A stretch of 64,000 nt of DNA from an uncultured SAR86 cluster bacterium (GCA_902625415.1 CACOBG010000004.1:1187-65186); one strand, 5' to 3'; counted from the first letter of the stretch, positions 9,125 to 18,450 are shown. The notes: generated by a model not told the origin, from the sequence alone. Made by a program: numbers and translations.

Positions 9125-10114
9125 ATGAATAAATCTAAATTTTTATTTGCATCCTCTTTGCTTTTGATTTCAATGAGCGCAATTTCAGCTCCAAAAGTTT
9201 ACGGTAAATTAAACATTGCTCTTAATAACAACGGATCTGATGGCGTTAATGAAAAAGAGATAGATCTTATAAGTAATTCTTCAAGGTTAGGATTAAAGGG
9301 CCGATTAGAAATGCAAGATGGTTTAGTAGGTCTATATCAGATTGAATACCAAATAGATCCTGTTGATGGACATGCAAGAGACGAAGTGAGAGGAGAAAAT
9401 GGTGAAATAAAGGTTACCGATAGCACATTCACTCAAAGAAATTCTTATGTTGGATTAAAAGGAAGTTTCGGAACTTTAAAATTGGGTAAGCATGATACTC
9501 CTTTAAAAAAAGCTTCATTAAAAGTTGACCTTTTCAATGACCTAAAAGGTGATATCAAAAATATAACAGATGGTGAAAATCGAATAACCTCATTTTTGGG
9601 TTACGATTCTCCTGTTTTTGGCGGAGGAGTAAGTATTTCAGTTAGTCTTAGTAAGGGGAAAGATGATGGTGTTGTAGGTACTGACTTAGATGGTGAGTTT
9701 GGAACCAACTTATCGGCATCTTTGAAATACGATATTGAGGTCATTCAATTTGTTATTGCAACGGAAAAAGCATCCATTAAAGGATTTGATCACAATAGGT
9801 TAGGCATGATGATACCTGCAGGTCCGGTCACCATTGGCTTGATACATACTACAACTGAATCAACTGTTGGAAATTCTGTGGATTATGATGCAACAACAAT
9901 AAGTATTGCTGGAAAGGTGGCAGATGGAAATGGCAGGGTAAAATTTCAATATGGAACATCAGATAAATCAGCTGGTTTAACGCAAACTCAAATTGGATAT
10001 GACCACAAGCTGTTTAAAAACTTTAAAATTCTTGCTTATCATACTGTGCGTTCACAAGATGCAGCTAACAGTGATGATGCTCATACCGGCTTAGGAATAG
10101 AATATAAGTTCTAG
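9125..10114 (+). CDS. Outer-membrane general porin (Gram-negative porin fold), probable phosphate-starvation porin
   Basis: 329 aa. Signal peptide MNKSKFLFASSLLLISMSAISA, mature start PKVYGKLNIAL, alternating beta-strand pattern, C-terminal GLGIEYKF. The Pho box upstream is analogous to phoE. Confidence 0.8.
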   Translation: MNKSKFLFASSLLLISMSAISAPKVYGKLNIALNNNGSDGVNEKEIDLISNSSRLGLKGRLEMQDGLVGLYQIEYQIDPVDGHARDEVRGENGEIKVTDSTFTQRNSYVGLKGSFGTLKLGKHDTPLKKASLKVDLFNDLKGDIKNITDGENRITSFLGYDSPVFGGGVSISVSLSKGKDDGVVGTDLDGEFGTNLSASLKYDIEVIQFVIATEKASIKGFDHNRLGMMIPAGPVTIGLIHTTTESTVGNSVDYDATTISIAGKVADGNGRVKFQYGTSDKSAGLTQTQIGYDHKLFKNFKILAYHTVRSQDAANSDDAHTGLGIEYKF

Positions 10115-10181
10115 CTGTCGGAAAAATAAGTATTTGTAGTAAATTTCTACTTTTTTGGCCTTGGCTCAAGTTTATTTTGTG

Positions 10182-10202
10182 ATTGTGACAAGTAAGTGAC
10201 AA
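10182..10202 (-). promoter_or_regulatory. Second Pho-box-like site, inverted orientation, between porin and pit
   Basis: The minus strand reads TTGTCACTTACTTGTCACAAT, an 18/21 match to the 9014-9034 element, with GTGACA repeats at 10185-10190 and 10196-10201 (11-bp phasing). More degenerate ATGTGTC / ATGTGAC / ATGTCAG repeats follow at 10236-10266. Confidence 0.5.
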
Positions 10203-10283
10203 AAAAACAGTAGCTTTTTATTTTCTTTTGGTTTAATGTGTCTTTTATGTGACAAAATTATGTCAGTAAAGAAACGACTCAAA

Positions 10284-10409
10284 ATGACTAATATCAAGAA
10301 AACTTTAAAAAACAAAGGATTGATGCCAGGTAGTTCAAAAGCGCAGGAAATGCACTTTGTAGGCTTTTTATCTGCTTGTGTTGTTTTAGCTGCAGTAATT
10401 CTTTCTTAA
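10284..10409 (+). CDS. Candidate 41-aa small membrane protein (below ORF-track size cutoff)
   Basis: Hand translation gives MTNIKKTLKNKGLMPGSSKAQEMHFVGFLSACVVLAAVILS*: a basic N-terminus plus one C-terminal hydrophobic helix. It lies in the 452-nt porin-pit spacer, downstream of the Pho-box-like repeats and on the same strand as pit. No strong SD. Confidence 0.35.
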   Translation: MTNIKKTLKNKGLMPGSSKAQEMHFVGFLSACVVLAAVILS

Positions 10410-10566
10410 GAAATTTTATTCTCATTTTTAAATTCCTATTTAGCGAGCTTAAATAGTTCACTAAAATTTTGCACAAATATACAAAACTGGTCACAACTAG
10501 GTAATAGATTCTCCTTTTGAATACTGTTAAATAAGTTTAATCGATAAACTTTTTTAAGATTTTGTT

Positions 10567-11817
10567 ATGGAAAATTTATTTACAGATCCCTTTAATATTC
10601 TTCTGATTGCAGCATTCATAGGGTTTTTTATGGCCTTTGGTATAGGAGCTAACGATGTTGCAAATTCAATGGGAACGTCTGTTGGAGCTAGAGCGCTTAC
10701 GATTAAACAAGCTATTTTAATTGCAGCTGTATTTGAGTTTCTTGGGGCCTTTTTAGCTGGAGGAGAGGTTACATCTACAATTCGAAAAGGTATTGTCGAT
10801 CCAAATCTTTACACTGATCAGGTGAATATATTCGTCATAGGGATGATGTCTGCTCTACTGGCTGGAGGTACTTGGCTTTATATTGCAAGTTTAAGAGGTT
10901 GGCCCGTCTCGACAACACATTCTATTGTAGGCGCAATTATTGGTTTCGTATTAATTACGAAAGGAGTTGATGCAGTTTCTTGGGGTAAAGTTAGTAACAT
11001 TGCAATGAGCTGGGTAACTTCTCCTTTGTTTTCTGGAATCCTAGCTTTTTCCTTATATATTTCTGCTAAAAAACTAATTTTGGATAGAGCAAATCCTGGT
11101 AAAGCAGCAATTACTTTTATTCCTTTCTATAGTTTTTTAGTAGCAGTTGTTATTTCTTTAGTAACCGCAAGAAAGGGGCTAAAACATGTAGGTATCGAAT
11201 GGACGGAGAACGAAGTTTATCTTTTTACTTTTATATTCAGCATAATTGTTGCCATAGGTACTTCATATTTTTTAAGAAGAAATAAGGAAAAGATTAGTGG
11301 CGTTGGCGGTATTGAATTTGCGTTCGGTTTGCTTATGATTGTTTCTGCAAGCGCAATGGCTTTTGCCCATGGCTCAAATGATGTGGCAAATGCAATTGGG
11401 CCTTTAGCAGCTATTGTTAGTGTTGTTGATACGGGAACAGTAGGTTCAAAAGCAACCATAAGTCCTTGGGTTTTATTCATTGGAGGAATAGGTATCGTTT
11501 TTGGCTTAGCTACATTAGGTTCAAGAGTAATTGCTACTGTCGGAAGAAAAATAACAGAACTAACTCCAAGTCTTGGATTTTCTGCTGAAATGGCAACAGC
11601 CTCAACAGTGGTTGCTGCAACTTACTTAGGATTTCCAATATCAACAACACACACGCTTGTTGGCGGAGTTATTGGTGTGGGTTTAGCTAAAGGGGCAGAA
11701 CATTTAGATTGGTCCTCTGTCGCTAGAATCATAGCTTCGTGGTTAGTAACAATTCCTGCTGGAGCAGCTTTCACAATAATATTTTTCTATATTCTGAAAT
11801 ATTTGGTGGGTGTCTAA
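10567..11817 (+). CDS. pitA: Inorganic phosphate transporter, PiT family
   Basis: 416 aa, multi-pass. Duplicated PiT signature GANDVANSMGTSVG and GSNDVANAIGPLA. Confidence 0.92.
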   Translation: MENLFTDPFNILLIAAFIGFFMAFGIGANDVANSMGTSVGARALTIKQAILIAAVFEFLGAFLAGGEVTSTIRKGIVDPNLYTDQVNIFVIGMMSALLAGGTWLYIASLRGWPVSTTHSIVGAIIGFVLITKGVDAVSWGKVSNIAMSWVTSPLFSGILAFSLYISAKKLILDRANPGKAAITFIPFYSFLVAVVISLVTARKGLKHVGIEWTENEVYLFTFIFSIIVAIGTSYFLRRNKEKISGVGGIEFAFGLLMIVSASAMAFAHGSNDVANAIGPLAAIVSVVDTGTVGSKATISPWVLFIGGIGIVFGLATLGSRVIATVGRKITELTPSLGFSAEMATASTVVAATYLGFPISTTHTLVGGVIGVGLAKGAEHLDWSSVARIIASWLVTIPAGAAFTIIFFYILKYLVGV

Positions 11818-11824
11818 AAACTAT

Positions 11825-12595
11825 TTAAAAAAAATTAATTTGCAGAATAGGATAAAAGTTTATTAATCCAAGATAGCCCGCTATTGATAAGTGAGATCCG
11901 AACGCAATCTCAGAGTCTTTTTTAAGTTTCGTACTCACCAAAAATTCTACGATTCCTAAAAGAGATGCAGTTAGCAATATTATTGGAACCATATTCATTG
12001 GTACCATTAAAGTTAATATTGGAAAGAGGATAACATCTCCTAGACCAAGGCCTTCGCGTTTTCTAAATTTGAGGTAAAACCATCTAAGACTTAGAAGAAT
12101 TAATCCGGAAACCAACGCAACGAAAAGCTCAGATAAATTTAAAATATTTGTCTGTTGCGAAAGTACTATCGCAAAGATAGTCAAAATTAGAAGAGAGCTT
12201 AGTGGAATGACTTTATGCTTGTGATCAATCAAAGCAATAAATATTAGATTTAAAGTTATTAAGCTTTTAAGGAAAATAAGACCAACGTTATCATTTGTTA
12301 TAAAAATTAATAAAAACAAAAAAATGACCAATATTTCTATGAAGAAGTATCTTGATGAGATTGTTGCACCACAGCATTTGGCTTTTCCTCTTAAGAACAA
12401 GTAACTCAGTACAGGAATGAGGTGATACCAATCAATTTTAGTCTTACAGGCAGGACAAAAAGAGGGTTCAGTATAAATATTAATGCTTTCCACATATGAA
12501 TCTGCTTCGATATTTTTATTAATGTAGCGATAGATAAAGCTTGCTAGAAAGCTACCCAATAGGGCAGAAAAAATAATATATATAGAGATAATCAT
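11825..12595 (-). CDS. gspO: Prepilin peptidase / N-methyltransferase (A24 family)
   Basis: 256 aa. CPACKTKIDWYHLIPVLSYLFLRGKAKCCGATIS zinc-type motif, polytopic membrane protein, GLGLGDV second catalytic Asp motif. Divergent from gspC. Confidence 0.88.
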   Translation of the reverse strand: MIISIYIIFSALLGSFLASFIYRYINKNIEADSYVESINIYTEPSFCPACKTKIDWYHLIPVLSYLFLRGKAKCCGATISSRYFFIEILVIFLFLLIFITNDNVGLIFLKSLITLNLIFIALIDHKHKVIPLSSLLILTIFAIVLSQQTNILNLSELFVALVSGLILLSLRWFYLKFRKREGLGLGDVILFPILTLMVPMNMVPIILLTASLLGIVEFLVSTKLKKDSEIAFGSHLSIAGYLGLINFYPILQINFF

Positions 12596-12607
12596 TGGTA
12601 TAAATCT

Positions 12608-12637
12608 TTGTCAATTTGACTAAATATGACATAAAAT
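12608..12637 (+). promoter_or_regulatory. Candidate sigma70-type promoter for the gsp operon
   Basis: TTGTCA (12608-12613), 18-nt spacer, TAAAAT (12632-12637). Only about 10 nt separate it from the gspC ATG at 12648 and there is no SD, so the transcript would be nearly leaderless. Confidence 0.3.
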
Positions 12638-12647
12638 CAATTGATAT

Positions 12648-13502
12648 ATGGTATTTGACTACTTAAAGGGTATCAATTTAGAAAGATACAAAAGTTACTT
12701 GAATGAGAAAAATCTTAAATTCTCTATTTCTGGCGCACTTTTATTAGTTTTTTCTTTAGAGTTTTCTTCAATATTACTCGGATTGATTTTTAACAACCAA
12801 TTAAGTTCAAATAACTTTAACAGCTCTTTTGCATCCAGCGATGCTCCTAGAATCATAGACAATCCATTTTCATCTGATGTTGAAATTGATGGTCTGTCTA
12901 TCTATGAAAGTCTTGTTAAAGCTCCTGAAACTTCATTATCTTTGAAACTTTACGGCGTAACTTCTTCTGATGAAGTTAAATCGGCAATAATTGGCTTCAA
13001 TCAAAACGATCAAAAAACTTATCTCGTGGGAGATATGATTTCCGATAACGTTTACTTGGATTCAATTAACAAAGATTTTGTCACCATCAAGCGTTCTGGC
13101 GTAACCGAAAGCTTGTCCTTTTTTAAAGGCTCAGTAATAAAGGGTATGGAAAGAGTTGTTCAGGGGAATACTTCTATAAAAATTGCATCGCAGCAAAAAC
13201 CCACCATCAGCAAAGAATGGATTGAAAATCAGGAAATTGCGAAGCTAATCACTTTTGCTCCTGTATTTGATGATGGAACTTTTTCCGGTCTTGAAATAAG
13301 TCCAGGGGAGAGTACTGCGCTTTTTGATTCTTCGGAATTGAGACCTGGGGATATTGTGAAGTCTATCAATGGACTTTCCGTTGCAGAAATTGACCTCTCT
13401 GATCAAGATTCAATTAATTCTTTTTTCTCTGACTTAGCATCGCTTAACCTCGATTTAGTTAGAGACGATCAAGTTGTATCCGTCGATATAAACATTAACT
13501 AA
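12648..13502 (+). CDS. gspC: Type II secretion system protein C
   Basis: 284 aa. N-terminal TM segment, then a periplasmic region and a C-terminal PDZ-like segment (GDIVKSINGLSV). First gene of the gsp run. Confidence 0.75.
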   Translation: MVFDYLKGINLERYKSYLNEKNLKFSISGALLLVFSLEFSSILLGLIFNNQLSSNNFNSSFASSDAPRIIDNPFSSDVEIDGLSIYESLVKAPETSLSLKLYGVTSSDEVKSAIIGFNQNDQKTYLVGDMISDNVYLDSINKDFVTIKRSGVTESLSFFKGSVIKGMERVVQGNTSIKIASQQKPTISKEWIENQEIAKLITFAPVFDDGTFSGLEISPGESTALFDSSELRPGDIVKSINGLSVAEIDLSDQDSINSFFSDLASLNLDLVRDDQVVSVDININ

Positions 13503-13515
13503 ACCAAAAAAAATT

Positions 13516-15432
13516 ATGATTTATTCAATTTATAAGAATTGTTGCGCCTATGCGCTTATTTTTGGACTTTCATCTAGCTTATGGTCGGTAACGATTAATA
13601 TGCGAGATGCAGACATTAAATCTTTTGTCTCAGATATTGCATCTTTGACGGGTAAGTCTTTTGTCGTAGATCCAAGAGTGAAGGCAAACGTAACTGTTAT
13701 TTCAAGAGATGATTTAACGATCGAAGAAGCTTACGAGATTTTTCTTTCAGTCCTCAGTGTTCATGGGTTTACCGCAGTTGAACAAGCAAATGCGGTCAAA
13801 ATAGTTCCTGCCTCAATGGGTAGGCAAAGCTTTACTGAAGTATCAAAGCCGGTTTCACCTGAAGATGCATTGGTTTCGACCATCATTAGACCGAGTCAAA
13901 CATCTGCAAATGCCTTGATTCCATTAATAAGACCGCTTATAAATTCTCAGGGACACATTGCAGTCTATGCGCCTAGCAACAGTCTTATACTTACCGATCG
14001 AAATGCAAATGTTAAAAGAATTAGGCAACTCGTTGATGAGCTGGATAAAAATCCTGCCGATGTTTATGAAATCGTTAAATTGAAAAACTCTTCTTCCACT
14101 CAAATTTCCAAGTTGATAGATAAAGTTTTTTCAGAAAACTCTGGTGGTATGTCACCAAATGATTTTAATGCTTATGCAATCGAAAGGAGCAACAGCGTTT
14201 TGCTCTTTGGGGATCAAGAAATTGTAGAGCGAATGAAGGCTGTTGTAATAAAGCTTGATGTAAAAGATCAAGGCACAAGTTCTTTGAAGGTCGTTTATTT
14301 AAAATATGCAGATGCCACTGCCTTGGTTGAAATTCTCAATAAGATGACACCGAATATTGATGAAAAAAGCTCAAACAAAGGCAATACTTCCATCACAGCT
14401 CATGAAGAAACCAATTCACTCATAATTTCAGCCGAGCCAGATGTAATGACCTCCTTGACTGGAATTATCAGCCAGCTTGATATTAGGAGAGCGCAAGTTC
14501 TAGTTGAAGCAATTATTGTTGAAATATCAGATCAATTATCAAAAGACTTGGGTTTTCAATTTTTATTTAGTGGCGAAGGTTCTAATTCACCGATTGCATC
14601 TCAAAGATTTGGTAATCCTACGCCTGATCTTTCGGCGCTTGTTGGTGGATTAACTCCTGGAGGAAGCACAACTGCTGTCTTATCTACTTTGTTAAGTTTG
14701 GATGGTTTTGCAACTGGTGTTGGTAAGTACAAAAAAGGCGGCGATAGCTTTGCTGCGATACTAAACGTGCTTGCAAAAAATAGCGACTCAAATGTACTTT
14801 CGACTCCCTCAATATTGACTATGGATAACGAAGAGTCATCAATTATTGTTGGTCAAGAGATACCGATTACCACTGGAGAGTCTTTAGGTACCAATAATTC
14901 AAATCCATTTAGAACAGTTACGCGTCAGGAAATTGGAATCAAATTAAGTGTTAAACCTCAAATCAATGAGGGCAACTCAATAAAATTGGATATTGAACAG
15001 GAAGTTTCCTCACTTTCTGGGCCTATTTCTGCAGGATCAGCAGAAATTGTTACCAATAAAAGGGCTATAGAAACGGTGGTCATGGTTGAAGATAATCAAA
15101 CTATTGTATTGGGAGGATTGATCGATGATGACATCCAAGAGTCAATAAGAAAGGTTCCATTGCTTGGTGATATACCAGTTATCGGTAAGGCTTTTCGCCA
15201 GGAACAAACCACCATTAATAAGAAAAATTTAGTAGTATTCCTGAAACCGACAATCATCAGAACCTCTCAAGATATGCAGGCTTTGACAAATACAAAATAC
15301 GATTATTTGAGAGCTCAAGAAATGCTTAGAAGCAAAAAGGGAAAAACCTCACCTGACTTGGACTTGCTTGAAAAATTAATTTTCGATGCTGAGGAAGAAA
15401 ACAAACCAAAAATCGAGGAAGAAGAAGTATAA
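13516..15432 (+). CDS. gspD: Type II secretion system secretin
   Basis: 638 aa. Signal peptide, N0-N3-like repeats, secretin core VLSTPSILTMDNEESSIIVGQEIP and VPLLGDIPVIGKAF. Confidence 0.95.
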   Translation: MIYSIYKNCCAYALIFGLSSSLWSVTINMRDADIKSFVSDIASLTGKSFVVDPRVKANVTVISRDDLTIEEAYEIFLSVLSVHGFTAVEQANAVKIVPASMGRQSFTEVSKPVSPEDALVSTIIRPSQTSANALIPLIRPLINSQGHIAVYAPSNSLILTDRNANVKRIRQLVDELDKNPADVYEIVKLKNSSSTQISKLIDKVFSENSGGMSPNDFNAYAIERSNSVLLFGDQEIVERMKAVVIKLDVKDQGTSSLKVVYLKYADATALVEILNKMTPNIDEKSSNKGNTSITAHEETNSLIISAEPDVMTSLTGIISQLDIRRAQVLVEAIIVEISDQLSKDLGFQFLFSGEGSNSPIASQRFGNPTPDLSALVGGLTPGGSTTAVLSTLLSLDGFATGVGKYKKGGDSFAAILNVLAKNSDSNVLSTPSILTMDNEESSIIVGQEIPITTGESLGTNNSNPFRTVTRQEIGIKLSVKPQINEGNSIKLDIEQEVSSLSGPISAGSAEIVTNKRAIETVVMVEDNQTIVLGGLIDDDIQESIRKVPLLGDIPVIGKAFRQEQTTINKKNLVVFLKPTIIRTSQDMQALTNTKYDYLRAQEMLRSKKGKTSPDLDLLEKLIFDAEEENKPKIEEEEV

Positions 15433-15435
15433 AAG

Positions 15436-16803
15436 ATGACTGACAAAGACTTCAGTTATAAATTTTGTAAGGATAATCAACTTCTTCCAGAAGTGAGTAG
15501 CGACTCGATATTGATTTTTCATACCGACGATTGCGACATCAATGCAATTGCTCACATCCAGTCCAAATACAAATTACCTGTTGAAACCAAACAAATAGAT
15601 TTTTCCGAGTTCAATAAAAAACTTTCTGAATCTTATTCCGACAAAACACAGTCATCAGAATCCTTAGCAGAGAATATTCATGAAGATGTTGATTTGGATT
15701 CTTTGGTGCTTGATTTACCAAAAACCGAAGATTTATTGGATGACAGTACAGATTCTCCGGTGATCAGACTAATCAATGCGATTTTGTCTGAGGCAATCAA
15801 AGACGGAGCCTCGGATATCCATATTGAACCCTATGAGGAGAATTTGATTATTAGATTCAGAACGGATGGAATTCTTAAAGAAAAAATAAGGCCAAGCTCT
15901 AGAATTTCACCATTATTGAATGCGCGAATAAAAATCATGTCTAATTTGGATATTGCAGAGAGACGAATCCCTCAAGATGGCAGGATGTCTCTCAAACTTG
16001 GAGAACGATGGGTAGATATTAGAGTTTCAACTTTACCTTCAAGTTATGGGGAACGAATAGTTTTGAGATTACTCGATAAAGCAGATTCCAGCCTCGATCT
16101 TAAAGAACTTGGCATGACAGAGAGTCTTTTAGGCAATTACCAAACTGAATTGAAAAACAACAGTGGCATCATTCTGGTCACTGGTCCTACTGGATCGGGT
16201 AAGACCACTACTTTGTATTCAGGTTTGAACTACTTAAACGATCAAACCAGAAACATCTTAACCGTTGAGGATCCTATTGAGTATGCAATTGAGGGAGTGG
16301 GGCAAACACAAGTTAACAATCGAGTGGGCTTAACTTTTGAAAAAGGTTTAAGAGCAATTTTAAGACAAGACCCGGATGTCGTAATGGTTGGAGAAATCAG
16401 AGATAAGGAAACTGCTGACATTGCCATTCAAGCAAGTTTAACCGGACACTTGGTTTTATCTACAGTGCATACCAATGATTCGGTTGGTGCAATTACAAGA
16501 CTTATTGATATGGGTGTGGAACCCTATCTAATTGCCAGTTCACTCAGAATGGTAATTGCACAAAGACTGGTAAGAAAAATTGATCCTACCAGTAAGGAAC
16601 TTTCTGGAAGAATCGGTATTTTTGAATCCATTCTGATTAATGACGATATCAAAGAGCAGATCCACAACAAGGGTTCGGAAAGTGAAATTAAGAATATCGC
16701 TTTCAAAACTAACAATACTTTAGAGCTCGATGGACAAGAGAAAGTTAATTTAGGCTTAACTTCGGAAGATGAGCTCAGAAGGGTTCTGCAAGAGAAAAAT
16801 TAG
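15436..16803 (+). CDS. gspE: Type II secretion ATPase
   Basis: 455 aa. Walker A GPTGSGKTTT, Asp boxes, Walker B DPDVVMVGEIRD, His box TGHLVLSTVHTND. The tetracysteine zinc module is absent (see findings). Confidence 0.95.
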   Translation: MTDKDFSYKFCKDNQLLPEVSSDSILIFHTDDCDINAIAHIQSKYKLPVETKQIDFSEFNKKLSESYSDKTQSSESLAENIHEDVDLDSLVLDLPKTEDLLDDSTDSPVIRLINAILSEAIKDGASDIHIEPYEENLIIRFRTDGILKEKIRPSSRISPLLNARIKIMSNLDIAERRIPQDGRMSLKLGERWVDIRVSTLPSSYGERIVLRLLDKADSSLDLKELGMTESLLGNYQTELKNNSGIILVTGPTGSGKTTTLYSGLNYLNDQTRNILTVEDPIEYAIEGVGQTQVNNRVGLTFEKGLRAILRQDPDVVMVGEIRDKETADIAIQASLTGHLVLSTVHTNDSVGAITRLIDMGVEPYLIASSLRMVIAQRLVRKIDPTSKELSGRIGIFESILINDDIKEQIHNKGSESEIKNIAFKTNNTLELDGQEKVNLGLTSEDELRRVLQEKN

Positions 16804-16805
16804 TA

Positions 16806-18011
16806 ATGCCAAATTATTCTTACAAAGCTTTAGATCCTTCCGGGATAACAGAAACCGGAGTTCTGATCGCTGAGAATTTGAGCGAAGCTCAAGAAGAGTT
16901 AAAAAACAGAAGGCTCATTCCAATAAATTTAAAAGAGTCAAAAAATAGATTCAATATCTCTTTGTTTAGAAAAATATCTTCATCAAAGTTAAGCCTCATT
17001 ACCCGTCAACTTTCAACTCTGATCAATGGCGGCATTCCAGTAGATCAGGCCTTAGACTCTGTAGCCAAACAAATAGATTCGCCTTTGATCAAAGGCAAAC
17101 TTTCAAATATTTCCAATAAGGTAAAAGCGGGTTTCAAGTTATCGGAATCGCTTGAAGATCATCCGGAAAGCTTTGATCGACTTTATTGTTCTTTAGTCAG
17201 AGCCGGAGAAACTTCAGGTGATTTAGGTATGGTTCTAGAAAAAACATCTGATTTTCTAGAAAGAAAATCAAAAATATCTCAAGATATTATCGGTGCCTTA
17301 GTTTATCCATTTATCCTTTTTTCCATAGCGATAGTTGTGATTGTTTTGCTTTTGTCTTTTGTTGTCCCAGAAGTGGTAAGTCAATTTTCTTCTTTGAATA
17401 GAGACTTGCCATTCATTACGAAATCTTTGCTGTTCTTGTCATCTGTATTTACCAGTTATCTCTTTTACTCGGCTATATTCATTACCGGTTTAATTGGTTT
17501 TATCACCATAAGATCAATCGGTTATGAGTTATTCAGATCAAAATTAGATAAATTTTTTCTCTCAGTTCCCGTTCTTAAGAACTCCCTAATAGATTCGGAT
17601 TTATCCAGATTTACCAATTCTTTGAGTATTTTAAGATCCAGTAACATTTCCATAATCAACGCGCTTGAAATCTCAGCTGACACCATTTCAAACAGTTACT
17701 TACGTCAACAGGTAAAATCAACTGCTAATAAAGTTGCTGAAGGGGAGTCTTTGGCGTCAAGCTTAGAAAAAATTCAAGTTATCCCGCCTTTGGTGACACA
17801 AATGATCGAAAACGGAGAAAGGTCAGGAAGACTTGAAGAAATGCTTGAGAAAGTATCGGTTTATTTAGAAGACAAATTCCAAAGCTCTACAAAAATCACC
17901 ATGAATTTACTCGAGCCGCTAATTGTAGTATTCCTTGGCATGTTTGTAGCTCTTATCGTCCTTGCTATCCTGTTACCATTAATTCAATTAAACACTTTAA
18001 CTTTAAATTAA
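16806..18011 (+). CDS. gspF: Type II secretion inner-membrane platform protein
   Basis: 401 aa. Duplicated GspF domains with three TM segments and the motif LVRAGETSGDL / MIENGERSGRL. Confidence 0.93.
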   Translation: MPNYSYKALDPSGITETGVLIAENLSEAQEELKNRRLIPINLKESKNRFNISLFRKISSSKLSLITRQLSTLINGGIPVDQALDSVAKQIDSPLIKGKLSNISNKVKAGFKLSESLEDHPESFDRLYCSLVRAGETSGDLGMVLEKTSDFLERKSKISQDIIGALVYPFILFSIAIVVIVLLLSFVVPEVVSQFSSLNRDLPFITKSLLFLSSVFTSYLFYSAIFITGLIGFITIRSIGYELFRSKLDKFFLSVPVLKNSLIDSDLSRFTNSLSILRSSNISIINALEISADTISNSYLRQQVKSTANKVAEGESLASSLEKIQVIPPLVTQMIENGERSGRLEEMLEKVSVYLEDKFQSSTKITMNLLEPLIVVFLGMFVALIVLAILLPLIQLNTLTLN

Positions 18012-18015
18012 TACT

Positions 18016-18450
18016 ATGAAAAAAATCGTTTTAAAAAAATTATCAGGTTTCAGCTTGATAGAAATTCTTGTGGTACTAATGATCATCGGCTTATTAACTG
18101 CAGTTGTTGCTATCAACGTACTGCCCAGCCAAGACAGAGCAAGAGCAGATAAAGCATTGGCCGACATAAGAATATACGAACAAGCTTTAGAGCTTTATCG
18201 ATTGGATATGTTCTCTTATCCGACCAGCGATGAAGGCTTACAAGCTCTTACTCAAGCCCCTGCAAACCATCGTTTTAAAAATAGATATCGCCAAGGCGGC
18301 TACATCAGAAAATTAGAAACAGATCCTTGGGGCAATGAGTATCAATATAAAAGACCCGGAGATAACGGACCGTTTGACTTATTTTCTTATGGCGCCGATG
18401 GCCAACAAGGAGGTGAAGGCATGGATCGAGATATAGGTAATTGGGAATAA
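18016..18450 (+). CDS. gspG: Major pseudopilin
   Basis: 144 aa. Prepilin leader ending G/FSLIEILVVLMIIGLL; DPWGNEYQY and GADGQQGGEG motifs typical of GspG. Confidence 0.95.
   Translation: MKKIVLKKLSGFSLIEILVVLMIIGLLTAVVAINVLPSQDRARADKALADIRIYEQALELYRLDMFSYPTSDEGLQALTQAPANHRFKNRYRQGGYIRKLETDPWGNEYQYKRPGDNGPFDLFSYGADGQQGGEGMDRDIGNWE

Noticed and set aside
9014-10202. The inverted 21-bp elements flanking the porin as terminal inverted repeats of a mobile cassette or MITE.
   Set aside because: There is no transposase and no target-site duplication that I can see. The elements have the internal 11-bp direct-repeat structure of a Pho box, next to phoBR. Regulatory sites are the simpler explanation.
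10294-10494. 66-aa minus-strand ORF in the porin-pit spacer.
   Set aside because: The translation (MTSFVYLCKILVNYLSSLNRNLKMRIKFLKK...) looks like AT-rich noise. It has no SD or promoter context, and it overlaps the more protein-like 41-codon plus-strand ORF.
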